Notes: generated by a model from the sequence alone, not told the origin. A DNA stretch of 32,000 bases from an uncultured archaeon (GCA_964354495.1 CAYHAA010000020.1:1-32000), one strand, 5' to 3'. Positions 8,443-17,779 are shown, counted from the stretch's first letter. Translations and numbers: made by a program.

Positions 8443-8464
8443 ACAATCACACTCCTCGTGTCAG

Positions 8465-9643
8465 TTAGGTGTGAGATAATTGAACGACATCGCTATCTTG
8501 AAGCGGGTAGTTGAGGCCGACCACTCTGCGTTTTATCTTATCGTTTTCCCTGATTATCGTCGCAGACCGGAATCGGTCGATGAACAATTCCTTGTGGATT
8601 TTGGCTGCAGCATCCTCAACGACTGACCCCTCAGGAAGTACAATGGGTTTCCTCTCTCTCTGCTTTCCGGGTACCTTCGTATATACTCTCAATATATCGA
8701 GATGATGATACAATGCCCAGCTCATGCCATCAAGATTCTCTCTCTTCTCCGCAGATACTGGAACAATGTCAAAGCGGGAGCCGTATTTCTCTTCTAGTTC
8801 CTTGAATCTAGCTACAGAGCCCTGAACATCACCCTTCGTGGCAATCACCAATGCTCGAACATAGGCAACGCTTGTGTCCAAGGCGTCCACAAGCTGCTGG
8901 AAGGTTGCAGGTTTCTGAAACCGGACAATTATGTTTGTGATTCTGCGTGCTTGAAGAAACTCCTTTACCTCTTCGATGTCACCTTGATAGTTTTGTACAC
9001 CATAGATCATATGCCCGCCAAGACCGACCTTGTCTACTCGTACTGTTGTCTTTTCCTTGTTCAGACGAATTCTTGAGGAGTCAAGTTCTCCAAGAATTGC
9101 ATTCATCTGCCAATCGATATCCTCTGACAGGTCAATTATCAGTGCAATACAGTCCGTGTTTCTGGCCACTGCCAGAGATTGCCTTCCGATTCCGCTCTTG
9201 TGGCTACCCTCGAAGACGCCAGGCAATTCGATGAGTTGGATGTTGATATCCTCTAGCTTCAACATTGCAGGAGTTGGAATTGTCGTTGTGAACGGATAGC
9301 TCCCTACGTCCAACTTTGCATTGGTGACCGAGTTGATGAGAGTTGACTTCCCGCTGTTTGTTACCCCAATCAGACAGACTTGACCTGCCCCTTCCTTCCT
9401 GATGACTCCCTCTTCAGTACCGCCTCCGGATCGGCGAGCCCGTTCTTGTTCTCTTCTCTTCTCAAACAATGCTTTGAGCTGGGCAAGTTTCTTACGATAG
9501 TCTGCTAGCATTCTCTCGCCTCCCTTGTGATTAGGGGCGAGTGTAAGGAGCTTCTCTAGCTCTACTATCCTCTGAGCAAGGTCTTCTGTATCTTCATAGA
9601 CTTCCCGTTGCTTTTCGAATTGCGGGGTCACGTTAGTAGGCAA
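8465..9643 (-). CDS. DRG/Rbg-type (OBG superfamily) ribosome-associated GTPase with C-terminal TGS domain
   Basis: G1 GVTNSGKST, G2 YPFTT, G3 IELPG, G4 TKGD, G5 SA; N-terminal MPTN...PNHKG and TGS-like RVYTKVPG...AAKIH. Confidence 0.92.
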   Translation of the reverse strand: MPTNVTPQFEKQREVYEDTEDLAQRIVELEKLLTLAPNHKGGERMLADYRKKLAQLKALFEKRREQERARRSGGGTEEGVIRKEGAGQVCLIGVTNSGKSTLINSVTNAKLDVGSYPFTTTIPTPAMLKLEDINIQLIELPGVFEGSHKSGIGRQSLAVARNTDCIALIIDLSEDIDWQMNAILGELDSSRIRLNKEKTTVRVDKVGLGGHMIYGVQNYQGDIEEVKEFLQARRITNIIVRFQKPATFQQLVDALDTSVAYVRALVIATKGDVQGSVARFKELEEKYGSRFDIVPVSAEKRENLDGMSWALYHHLDILRVYTKVPGKQRERKPIVLPEGSVVEDAAAKIHKELFIDRFRSATIIRENDKIKRRVVGLNYPLQDSDVVQLSHT

Positions 9644-9687
9644 TGATAATCATGTATCTTTTTGATACTTAGATTATGAAGCTTTCC

Positions 9688-10272
9688 TCAGGTATCTGAT
9701 GTATTGTCATCTGACCTGTCATTGACATCTAAGATGAATCTCTCCGGACGCGATGGACATGATAGTCTCCTGCATCTCTCTGGCATAATCTTGGAGCTTG
9801 CCATATCCTTGCATGTCCCAGTATCATAGACAAGGAGTGCATTCTCAAGTTCGTACGACGAATCAGAATCGGACGTGCTGCCCCTGTATGCGATGAAAAT
9901 CCTATCTGGCACATACGCGTTGATTAGCTGCATGAATCCTTGCCTTCTGACAATAATTCCGTTGTCCATTACCTTCTGTGAATCTTGTGCGAGGCCCATA
10001 GCTATGTCGAGTGACTTGAGCAAGAAGAATGAAATCGATCTCTCATCAGGCGAAACCCGTTTCAAAGAATCTCCTGGAAATGATATGACCTTCAGGTCAT
10101 CAATCAATCCTGCGGCAATCGAGACTATGACATCCCTGCGCAGATTTCCAGACAGGAATAGACCTACGTTGACACATCTGCAGGCTGTGACGACCTCTGA
10201 TGAATTGGTGCCTGATTTTACAGATGCTCTATCAATTGGCAAATCGCCAAACAATACTAGGAATCGCCGCAT
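9688..10272 (-). CDS. trmY: Divergent TrmY-like (tRNA pseudouridine-54 N1-methyltransferase, SPOUT) protein
   Basis: N-terminal half matches TrmY (CRCVNVGLFLSGNLRRDV, SLKRVSPDERSISFFLLKSL). The C-terminal LGDHxG and SLGP SAM-knot motifs are not recognisable. Confidence 0.6.
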   Translation of the reverse strand: MRRFLVLFGDLPIDRASVKSGTNSSEVVTACRCVNVGLFLSGNLRRDVIVSIAAGLIDDLKVISFPGDSLKRVSPDERSISFFLLKSLDIAMGLAQDSQKVMDNGIIVRRQGFMQLINAYVPDRIFIAYRGSTSDSDSSYELENALLVYDTGTCKDMASSKIMPERCRRLSCPSRPERFILDVNDRSDDNTSDT

Positions 10273-10289
10273 TGGAGTTCATATCCAAA

Positions 10290-11645
10290 TCACATACCGG
10301 GCAGACCACTGGGAAGTCCAGGAATGCCTCCTTTTCGCCCTCTTCGCTGCTTGCCCATTTGCTTCATTATTTTCTTCATTTGTTCGTGCTGCTTTAGCAA
10401 ATCGCGAACATCCTTCTGGGAAGTACCTGACCCTTTTGCAATCCGTTTGATTCTTGAGGCCTTGATTAGTTTGGGCTCTTCCAACTCATCCTTGGTCATA
10501 GAGTTCATGATGACTTCCCATTTCTTCATGTTTTCTTCCTGAATCTCAGCGACGCCATCAGGAAGTTTGTACTGAAGCCCAAGCATCTCCATTACCTTGC
10601 CAAGTGGTCCCATCTTCTTCAACTGCTTCAGCTGTGCCATCATGTCCTTCAGGGAGAACTGCCCTTTCATTATTCGTTTGACTGCGTCTTCTTCGACCTC
10701 AATCTGCGCTTCCTTTACCTTGTCTATGAGTCCTCGAATATCTGACATACCAAGCAGTCGGCCAGCAAACTTGGTTGGATTGAATGGCTCAATTGCATCT
10801 ATTCCTTCTCCAGTTCCAATGAATTTGATTGGCGCCTTTGTAGCTGCCACTGCTGAGAGGGCGCCACCACCCTTTGCGCTGCCATCGAGCTTCGTCACAA
10901 TAATCGAGCCTATATCGGTGGCCTTTTGAAAGGCCTCTGCTTGAACACCTGCTTGTTGGCCCAGTGTGCCATCGACGACGAGTACAATCTCCTGCGGATT
11001 GACAGACTTTGAGATGTCTCTCATCTCCTTAATCAGACTGGTTTCTTCTCTGTGCCTACCTGAGGTATCTAGGAGAATGAGTTCAACTCCCTTGTCCTTC
11101 ATCTCCTTGAATCCTCTCTTTGCGAGCTTGACAGCATCCTTTTCTTCCTCGTCGCCCCAGAACGGCACATTGGATCGTTCAGCCAGCTGTTTCAACTGGC
11201 TATATGCACCGAGCCTGAAGTTGTCAGCACAGATGACTCCACTCTTGATCCCTCGTTTCTGGTAGTAGCGGGCTAGCTTTCCAATTGTTGTGGTCTTACC
11301 GGAGCCCTGAATGCCTACCATCATGACAAGGTTGGGTTTTCCGGGGTTGATTGTCAGAGGTACTGCCTTTTCTCCTAAGAAGTAGGCGAGAGTGTCCCAG
11401 ACGACCCGAACAACATGTTCCCGACGCGAAACGCCTCTTGGAAGCGACTCATCTAGAGCCTCTTTTTGTACCCTCTCTGTGATGGCCATCACGAGATTGA
11501 CATCTACGTCTGCTACGAGCAGTGCCCGCTGGATATTCTTGACCAGCTCTTTCACCAGTTCCTCATCGATGACGCTTGCACCGAAGAGTTTCTTCAGAGC
11601 GGCGTTGAGTGATTTACCAAGATTATCTAGGACCAAGACCATCAC
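10290..11645 (-). CDS. srp54: Signal recognition particle 54 kDa protein
   Basis: GIQGSGKTTT, DTSGR, TKLDG, M domain with GSG and a GGxPG tail. Alternative start TTG 11636 gives the usual MVLDNLG. Confidence 0.97.
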   Translation of the reverse strand: MMVLVLDNLGKSLNAALKKLFGASVIDEELVKELVKNIQRALLVADVDVNLVMAITERVQKEALDESLPRGVSRREHVVRVVWDTLAYFLGEKAVPLTINPGKPNLVMMVGIQGSGKTTTIGKLARYYQKRGIKSGVICADNFRLGAYSQLKQLAERSNVPFWGDEEEKDAVKLAKRGFKEMKDKGVELILLDTSGRHREETSLIKEMRDISKSVNPQEIVLVVDGTLGQQAGVQAEAFQKATDIGSIIVTKLDGSAKGGGALSAVAATKAPIKFIGTGEGIDAIEPFNPTKFAGRLLGMSDIRGLIDKVKEAQIEVEEDAVKRIMKGQFSLKDMMAQLKQLKKMGPLGKVMEMLGLQYKLPDGVAEIQEENMKKWEVIMNSMTKDELEEPKLIKASRIKRIAKGSGTSQKDVRDLLKQHEQMKKIMKQMGKQRRGRKGGIPGLPSGLPGM

Positions 11646-11770
11646 GTCGTCCAGTTAAGGAGAGGTCCTGCAGTAGCCCATATCAACTTTCGCCTTGAAC
11701 TAGTCAGGTCTATGACAAGGGGGAAGGTCTAAAACGCGAGAATATCACAGACAGGCACGTGGCGAAAGCA

Positions 11771-12253
11771 ATGTCCGAAGAAGTCGGTGGCAAGGTACGA
11801 ATTGACAAGATTGTGGACGGCACTGTCATAGACCATATCAGGGCTGGTAGTGCTCTTGAGGTCCTGAGGATTCTGGGAATCACTGGCAAGACTGGGAATG
11901 TTGTTTCACTTGCAATGAACATCAGAAGTTCAAGGATAGGAAAGAAGGACATTGTGAAGGTTGAGAATCGTTTTCTTGGTTCTGCTGAAGTAGCACGCAT
12001 CGCGCTTGTAGCCCCAGAGGCAACAATCAACCTGATCAAGGACTCCAAAGTCATCAAAAAGACTCGTATTGAACTTCCTGAAACTATTACTGGCGTCATA
12101 AAATGCCCCAATGAACGATGCGTCACCAACAAAGAGCGTGAACCAATCACGACTAAATACCAGGTTGTATCACGAAAACCGCTCCAGCTCAAATGCCTCT
12201 ACTGCTGGACTCTGGTTGATGAATCTGATGTATCTACCCTCTTTACTGGCTGA
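11771..12253 (+). CDS. pyrI: Aspartate carbamoyltransferase regulatory chain
   Basis: KIVDGTVIDHI, GKKDIVKVE, IALVAPEATIN, Zn ligands CPNERC and CLYC. ATG 11771 chosen (GTG 11759 possible). Confidence 0.95.
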   Translation: MSEEVGGKVRIDKIVDGTVIDHIRAGSALEVLRILGITGKTGNVVSLAMNIRSSRIGKKDIVKVENRFLGSAEVARIALVAPEATINLIKDSKVIKKTRIELPETITGVIKCPNERCVTNKEREPITTKYQVVSRKPLQLKCLYCWTLVDESDVSTLFTG

Positions 12254-12343
12254 AGGAGTAGTCTGAAGTCTTCAGTCAGTTTCCAAACGCTTTTAGGCAA
12301 GCTTCTGGAGCAAGGGCGTAAGTCGACCACAGAGGAAGTACTC

Positions 12344-12667
12344 GTGTCAAGTTATAAGATAGCGGTCATTGGCGATCGGGATACTGTCACAGGATTCAGA
12401 TTAGTAGGAGTCAGCGAGTGTGCCACACCAAAATCACCAGAGGAAACACGCGAGCTCCTTCTTGACTTCTTTCGAGATCCGAGTATGGGGCTTATCATTA
12501 TCACTGAGCCTCTCGCTTCAGAAGTGGAAGACACCATCGTCGAGCTCTCTCAGTCACCCGTACCTGTGATACTGCTGATTCCAGATAGGAACGCATCCAC
12601 TGGCACGTATGAAACAGTTCTGAAGGAATTGATACGAAGAGCAGTCGGAATTGAGATCAAGATCTAA
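12344..12667 (+). CDS. atpF: A/V-type ATP synthase subunit F
   Basis: KIAVIGDRDTVTGFRLVGV and IRRAVGIEI; directly upstream of subunit A. Confidence 0.93.
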   Translation: MSSYKIAVIGDRDTVTGFRLVGVSECATPKSPEETRELLLDFFRDPSMGLIIITEPLASEVEDTIVELSQSPVPVILLIPDRNASTGTYETVLKELIRRAVGIEIKI

Positions 12668-12693
12668 GACAATTAACGTGAGGTCGTGCCCTA

Positions 12694-14499
12694 TTGAGTA
12701 AACAAATCGGAAGAATCGAAACCATTGCAGGCCCTGTGGTCAAATGCTCCGGACTACCCTCTGTCCGAATGTATGAGGTAGTTCGAGTCAGCAAACAGCA
12801 TCTCATCGGTGAGGTCATAGAGGTTGCGGAGAATGAGTTTACTGCGCAAGTCTATGAAGAGACCTCTGGTCTTGCTCCAGGCGAGCCCGTCACATCCACT
12901 GGGGACTCTCTGTCCGTGGAACTTGGTCCTGGTCTTCTTGGTTCCATTTATGATGGTATTCAGCGTCCTCTACCCATCCTGCGCAAAATATCGGGTGACT
13001 TCATATCCCGTGGGCTTGATGTTGATGGGCTTGACAAAGAAAAGAAGTGGACTTTCATCCCTACTGTAAAGGTTGGCGCAAAGGTAGAGGCAGGAGACAT
13101 AATCGGTGAAGTCCCAGAAACTGGCATCATCACCTCGAGAATCTTGATACCCTTTGAACTTGCAGGCGAAGTAGTGGAGATTGTGCCAAAGGGTGAGTAT
13201 ACGGTCATTGAAACAATCTGCAAGGTCAAGAATATCCATGGTGATACACATGATGTCATAATGATGCAAAAGACTCCGGTTCGAATCGGTCGCACATTCA
13301 AAGAACGAGTATCAATGGACACGCCGCTGATCACTGGACAACGTGTCATTGATACATTCATGCCTCAAGCAAAAGGTGGAACCGGAGCTATTCCAGGTGG
13401 GTTCGGGACTGGAAAGACAGTGACACTCCATCAATTTGCAAAATGGGCTGACGCACAAGTGGTTGTGTATGTAGGCTGTGGAGAACGTGGGAATGAGATG
13501 ACTGAGGCTCTTGAAGAGTGGCCGCATCTCAAAGATCCCCGGTCAGGCCGCCCGCTCATGGAGCGTACTGTACTAATAGCAAATACATCCAATATGCCCG
13601 TTGCGGCACGAGAAGCGTCAATCTATGTAGGAGCCACTATTGCTGAGTACTTTCGAGATCAAGGATACGACGTGGCGCTGATGGCAGATTCAACATCTCG
13701 TTGGGCTGAGGCTCTTCGTGAGATATCTGGTCGACTTGGTCAACTTCCATCAGAAGAAGGCTACCCCGCATACCTTGGATCACGTCTTGCACAGTTCTAC
13801 GAACGTGGGGGGCGGGTCAAGACCCTCAGTTCAAGCGAACGGCTCGGATCTATCACAATCTGTGGAGCAGTTTCGCCTCCTGGCGGCGACTTCTCAGAGC
13901 CTGTGACACAGGCAACGCTCAGGATTGTAAAGGTCTTCTGGGCTCTGGACAAGGATCTTGCAGCACGAAGGTTCTTCCCCGCAATAAACTCTCTAACAAG
14001 CTACTCGCTCTACCACAGCACCCTTGAGAAATGGCATAAGTCGAATCTCGGTGAAGATTGGCCTGAGATAGTGAAGGAGGCACTTGCCATACTTCAGAAG
14101 GACCAGGAGCTTCGCGAGATTGTTCAGCTAGTCGGACCTGATGCGCTTCCAGAATCAGAACGCGCTATTCTTGAGGCTGCACGGATGATTAAGGAAGACT
14201 TTCTCACTCAGAGTGCAATCCATGAGATTGATACCTACTCTCCTATTGGCAAGACGTATAGAATGCTCAGAGTCATAATCGGGTTCTCACGAAAAATGAC
14301 AGCAGCTGTCAAGATGGGTGTTCACGTCCGAAGGATATTGGAGCTGAGTATACTAGACAACATAGCTCGAATGAAAATCACACCTTGGGACTCCTATGAG
14401 AGTCAAATGGATGCTATCGAGAAGAAGATGGAACGTGAGTTTCAGTCTCTCTTCCAGGAGCTATCTGAGTCAGGTTTCCTTGCTGAACATGCTGCATAG
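12694..14499 (+). CDS. atpA: A/V-type ATP synthase subunit A (catalytic); no intein
   Basis: Walker A GGFGTGKT, GCGERGNE, ANTSNMPVAAREAS, DSTSRWAEALRE, PPGGDFSEPV. TTG start. Confidence 0.97.
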   Translation: MSKQIGRIETIAGPVVKCSGLPSVRMYEVVRVSKQHLIGEVIEVAENEFTAQVYEETSGLAPGEPVTSTGDSLSVELGPGLLGSIYDGIQRPLPILRKISGDFISRGLDVDGLDKEKKWTFIPTVKVGAKVEAGDIIGEVPETGIITSRILIPFELAGEVVEIVPKGEYTVIETICKVKNIHGDTHDVIMMQKTPVRIGRTFKERVSMDTPLITGQRVIDTFMPQAKGGTGAIPGGFGTGKTVTLHQFAKWADAQVVVYVGCGERGNEMTEALEEWPHLKDPRSGRPLMERTVLIANTSNMPVAAREASIYVGATIAEYFRDQGYDVALMADSTSRWAEALREISGRLGQLPSEEGYPAYLGSRLAQFYERGGRVKTLSSSERLGSITICGAVSPPGGDFSEPVTQATLRIVKVFWALDKDLAARRFFPAINSLTSYSLYHSTLEKWHKSNLGEDWPEIVKEALAILQKDQELREIVQLVGPDALPESERAILEAARMIKEDFLTQSAIHEIDTYSPIGKTYRMLRVIIGFSRKMTAAVKMGVHVRRILELSILDNIARMKITPWDSYESQMDAIEKKMEREFQSLFQELSESGFLAEHAA

Positions 14500-14545
14500 C
14501 CAAAGCGTGGTATTCATTCCCTCAGAAGCACTCTATGGGGACGAG

Positions 14546-15097
14546 ATGATGCGCAGACAGGAACTAGACGCACTTCATGAGTCTATCCGGGACTGCAAGA
14601 TCTGTCCTCTTCACGAAACACGTCTAAATGCAGTCCCCGGTGAGGGGCCACATGATGCTAGAGTCTTTTTCATCGGCGAAGCGCCTGGTGCAAGAGAGGA
14701 TAAATTAGGAAGACCCTTTGTCGGTCGTTCGGGCGAACTCCTCACACAGATGATACAGAGCATCGGCTTGACAAGAGATGAAGTATTCATAACATCTGTG
14801 CTTAAGTCAAGACCTCCCAACAATAGAACTCCCACTAAGTCAGAGATAGAGATGTGTAGACCCTATGTTGAGAAGCAGATCGAGTTGGTCAATCCGAGAG
14901 TGGTTGTGCTCCTTGGAGGTACTGCAATCTCATCGATGGTAGGTCCATGGAGTGTTTCGGAGTCCCACGGCCAATACTTTGAGGCAAAGGGCAGAACTTA
15001 TTTCATGACCTATCACCCTGCGGCAGCACTACGATTTCCAAAGGTCAATGCCTTGATGGCTGCTGATTTCAAGATACTACGTTCCGAGTTACTCTGA
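14546..15097 (+). CDS. udg: Uracil-DNA glycosylase family 4 (variant with the third Fe-S Cys replaced by Ser)
   Basis: CKIC, GEAPG, PFVGRSG, RPPNNRTP, YHPAA. Start moved to ATG 14546, because the ORF-track extension overlaps atpA. Confidence 0.92.
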   Translation: MMRRQELDALHESIRDCKICPLHETRLNAVPGEGPHDARVFFIGEAPGAREDKLGRPFVGRSGELLTQMIQSIGLTRDEVFITSVLKSRPPNNRTPTKSEIEMCRPYVEKQIELVNPRVVVLLGGTAISSMVGPWSVSESHGQYFEAKGRTYFMTYHPAAALRFPKVNALMAADFKILRSELL

Positions 15098-15132
15098 GTG
15101 GTCATTATATTCCTGCATATCGATTCCATATT

Positions 15133-15657
15133 ATGACTCTCATGGTTCCTCAAACGTTAGTCCTCACGCTTGCACAATCTCCCTTCGACGTGGTACTGCC
15201 GGAATCTTGGTCTGTGACCATGGGTCAGATATTGAATGTTCTATTTGCCCTTGCGATACGCAGCTATCTGCTTCTCATCCTTGTAGGCCTGATACTGTAT
15301 GCCACAGGGCTCAGTGATGGCCTCTCGAAGGTCTTGGTAGCGTTTGGAATTGGGCTGTACTTCGGAGGTCCATTGATAGTGAATATCATCGCGAGTTTCT
15401 CAAGTGTTGGACTTGTCACGATGGAGAGCGCCACACTCGCATGGCTGCAGTTCTTCGGTATGAGCGATGCTGAGATTGTATACATCTTGGTATGGATTGG
15501 TGATGCCATCGCTGGTATCTGTTGCCTTGCCGGAGCTGTCCTTTATTTTACTCCGAGTACAAAGGAGCTCAGGTCTAGGGGGCAATCCCTCATTGTCAGG
15601 TCTCTAATGCTAGCTCCCGTTCTTGTTTTCTTCCATCTCACCCCGCTTCTGCTCTGA
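15133..15657 (+). CDS. Four-TM membrane protein, apparent tandem duplication of a pilin-like (VirB2/CedA1-like) hairpin
   Basis: 174 aa, hydrophobic; two halves share G-x-x-LY-x-T (VGLILYATG / AGAVLYFTP). TTATAT about 22 nt upstream suggests its own leaderless promoter. The family assignment is inference. Confidence 0.7.
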   Translation: MTLMVPQTLVLTLAQSPFDVVLPESWSVTMGQILNVLFALAIRSYLLLILVGLILYATGLSDGLSKVLVAFGIGLYFGGPLIVNIIASFSSVGLVTMESATLAWLQFFGMSDAEIVYILVWIGDAIAGICCLAGAVLYFTPSTKELRSRGQSLIVRSLMLAPVLVFFHLTPLLL

Positions 15658-15737
15658 GAGGCGCTTCGCAACTCTTAAAACTCAGCCGCTGATACGACCG
15701 GGTATTGATTTAGTACATAACCCGGACGGTTTCGTAG

Positions 15738-17138
15738 ATGCCCAAGGAATCTTCTATTGTCTATCGCACAGTGTCAGATGTCAGTGGTCCGCTCTTGGTA
15801 GTTGAAAACACCCATGACGTTTCTTACAACGAAGTCGTCAAGATACGATCTCCGGGCGGTGACTTATTGACAGGAACTGTCCTTGAGACGGGCCGTGGCA
15901 GGGCTGTCATTCAGGTCTTTGAGGGGACCAGTGGTTTAGATGCTGATATCACGTCGGTTAGGTTCACTGGAGAAACCATGAAACTGCCTGTTTCCACAGA
16001 GATTCTTGGGAGGGTTCTTGATGGTGCCGGAAATCCTCTTGACAAAGGTCCCCCACTCACTGCCGAAGACCACTGGGATATCTACGGTTCTCCAATCAAT
16101 CCCTATGCACGACAGTATCCTAGGCAACCAATTCAGACGGGTCTCTCTTCGATTGACGGTCTGAACACTCTAGTCAGAGGTCAGAAGCTGCCTATCTTCT
16201 CAGGGTCTGGTCTTCCCCACAACACGATTGCAGCTCAGATTGTCCGCCAGGCCAAGATACCTGGAGAAGAGAGTGATTTTGCTATCGTCTTTGGAGCCAT
16301 GGGCATCACTGCCACTGAGGCACAGTACTTTATGGACTCCTTCGAAGAGACTGGTGCTCTCGAACATACAGCACTATTCCTTAATCTTGCTAATGACCCA
16401 GCTATTGAGCGAATTATCACTCCTCGCGCGGCGCTCACTGCTGCAGAGTATCTAGCATATGCAGCAGACATGCATGTTCTAGTCATTCTCACTGATATGA
16501 CCAACTACGCAGAAGCGCTTCGTGAGATCAGTGCTGCAAGGTCGGAGATACCAGGTCGACGTGGGTATCCTGGCTATCTGTATACCGATCTCAGTCTCAT
16601 CTACGAACGCGCTGGAAGAATCGATGGTCGAAAGGGCACAATCACACAAATGCCTATTCTCTCTATGCCACAGGATGATATGACGCACCCAATTCCGGAC
16701 CTTACAGGCTACATAACTGAAGGTCAGATAATCGTTGGACGCGGTCTCCATCGGAGAGGTATCTACCCACCAATTGATCCTGGCCCCTCTCTAAGTCGTC
16801 TGATGAAGGAAGGTATTGGTAAGGGGATGACGCGCTTTGATCACAAAGAAGTGCAGGCTCAGCTCTACTATGGCTACTCCGAGGGCCGCGATCTTCGTGA
16901 CCTAGTTGCAGTGGTCGGTTCGGAAGCCTTGACGGATCGTGACCAGAAGTACCTGAAGTTCGCAGACAGATTCGAGACTGAGTTCATCAATCAAGGTGAG
17001 TTTGAGGACCGCTCTTTCGAACAGACCTTGGACATTGGATGGACCCTTCTCAGTGACTTTCCCGAGCGAGAACTCAAGCGAATCGACCCTGAAACAATCT
17101 CTTGGGCTAGGGAGCAGAGTCTGTACAAGCAGAGCTAG
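15738..17138 (+). CDS. atpB: A/V-type ATP synthase subunit B
   Basis: [73 protein letters not shown]. Confidence 0.97.
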   Translation: MPKESSIVYRTVSDVSGPLLVVENTHDVSYNEVVKIRSPGGDLLTGTVLETGRGRAVIQVFEGTSGLDADITSVRFTGETMKLPVSTEILGRVLDGAGNPLDKGPPLTAEDHWDIYGSPINPYARQYPRQPIQTGLSSIDGLNTLVRGQKLPIFSGSGLPHNTIAAQIVRQAKIPGEESDFAIVFGAMGITATEAQYFMDSFEETGALEHTALFLNLANDPAIERIITPRAALTAAEYLAYAADMHVLVILTDMTNYAEALREISAARSEIPGRRGYPGYLYTDLSLIYERAGRIDGRKGTITQMPILSMPQDDMTHPIPDLTGYITEGQIIVGRGLHRRGIYPPIDPGPSLSRLMKEGIGKGMTRFDHKEVQAQLYYGYSEGRDLRDLVAVVGSEALTDRDQKYLKFADRFETEFINQGEFEDRSFEQTLDIGWTLLSDFPERELKRIDPETISWAREQSLYKQS

Positions 17139-17329
17139 TATGTAGAGCTATAAATGTGAGTTCATGTCGCGCGGACAGCAACTGGGATTTCCCGTGAGTA
17201 TTCTTGTAGTAACAAGTGATTGCAGAGGCGACTATGTTCGACAAAGTTGGTCTAGTCTGAAACTAGCATGTAGTGAACCACAACCGATCCTGCTCAGCAG
17301 CACTCGTAGGGATGAACTTGTCTACCACT

Positions 17330-17668
17330 CTATTCGAGACCGTGATGCAGGTAGTGATCCTTCTCTTTCTTTGCACCGAAACTTCGAATACCTTCAGTCT
17401 TGATTTGGCTCTTTATCGCCTTTGCCTGTTCAGCAGTAATCTCTCCCCGTTTCGCCAGGAAGTCAACTATCTCTATTGCCTGAGGTGCTGTATCACAACG
17501 ACGTATGTAGTCAACAACATCAGGAGTGAATGTCTGTTTCTCCTGACCTTGATCGGACTCTTCAGACATTGTTCGGACACCATCTATTTTGAAGGTTTTT
17601 GCGTTTCCCTCCTCAAGCTCCTCTGCGAGAGCTGAGAAGGGCCGACGTAAATCGTCGTCTTCGGACAT
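17330..17668 (-). CDS. DUF2095-like conserved archaeal protein
   Basis: PDVVDYIRRCDT...AIEIVDFLAKRGEIT...GIRSFGAKKEKDHY matches my recollection of the family. Start at ATG 17668 or 17704. Confidence 0.8.
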   Translation of the reverse strand: MSEDDDLRRPFSALAEELEEGNAKTFKIDGVRTMSEESDQGQEKQTFTPDVVDYIRRCDTAPQAIEIVDFLAKRGEITAEQAKAIKSQIKTEGIRSFGAKKEKDHYLHHGLE

Positions 17669-17779
17669 CTTTTTCACCAGATGCTTCCGATCAATCATGA
17701 CCATGACATCTCTCAGGAGTCATTTCTTAGGATTGACTTAAGAGCTTTACCGAGATGGCCACCCCATCAAAAAGCGTAA

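Noticed and set aside
9875-10450. 191-aa plus-strand ORF, and other long antisense ORFs (11710-12192, 28818-29375, 27114-27545)
   Set aside because: Antisense shadows of recognisable genes, with no motifs of their own.
12263-12275. CTGAAG-T-CTTCAG palindrome between pyrI and atpF
   Set aside because: Only 6-bp arms; not distinguishable from chance.
14396-14545. ORF-track N-terminal extension of UDG
   Set aside because: Overlaps the atpA 3' end by about 100 nt; family similarity begins only after ATG 14546.
15699-15726. CCGGGT...ACCCGG inverted repeat upstream of atpB as a possible insertion boundary
   Set aside because: 6-bp arms with a poorly pairing interior, and I saw no matching element at the atpA-side junction.
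17139-17329. ORFs 17164-17403 and 17273-17635 as a missing atpD or small gene after atpB
   Set aside because: No similarity to subunit D, and both overlap DUF2095 on the opposite strand.
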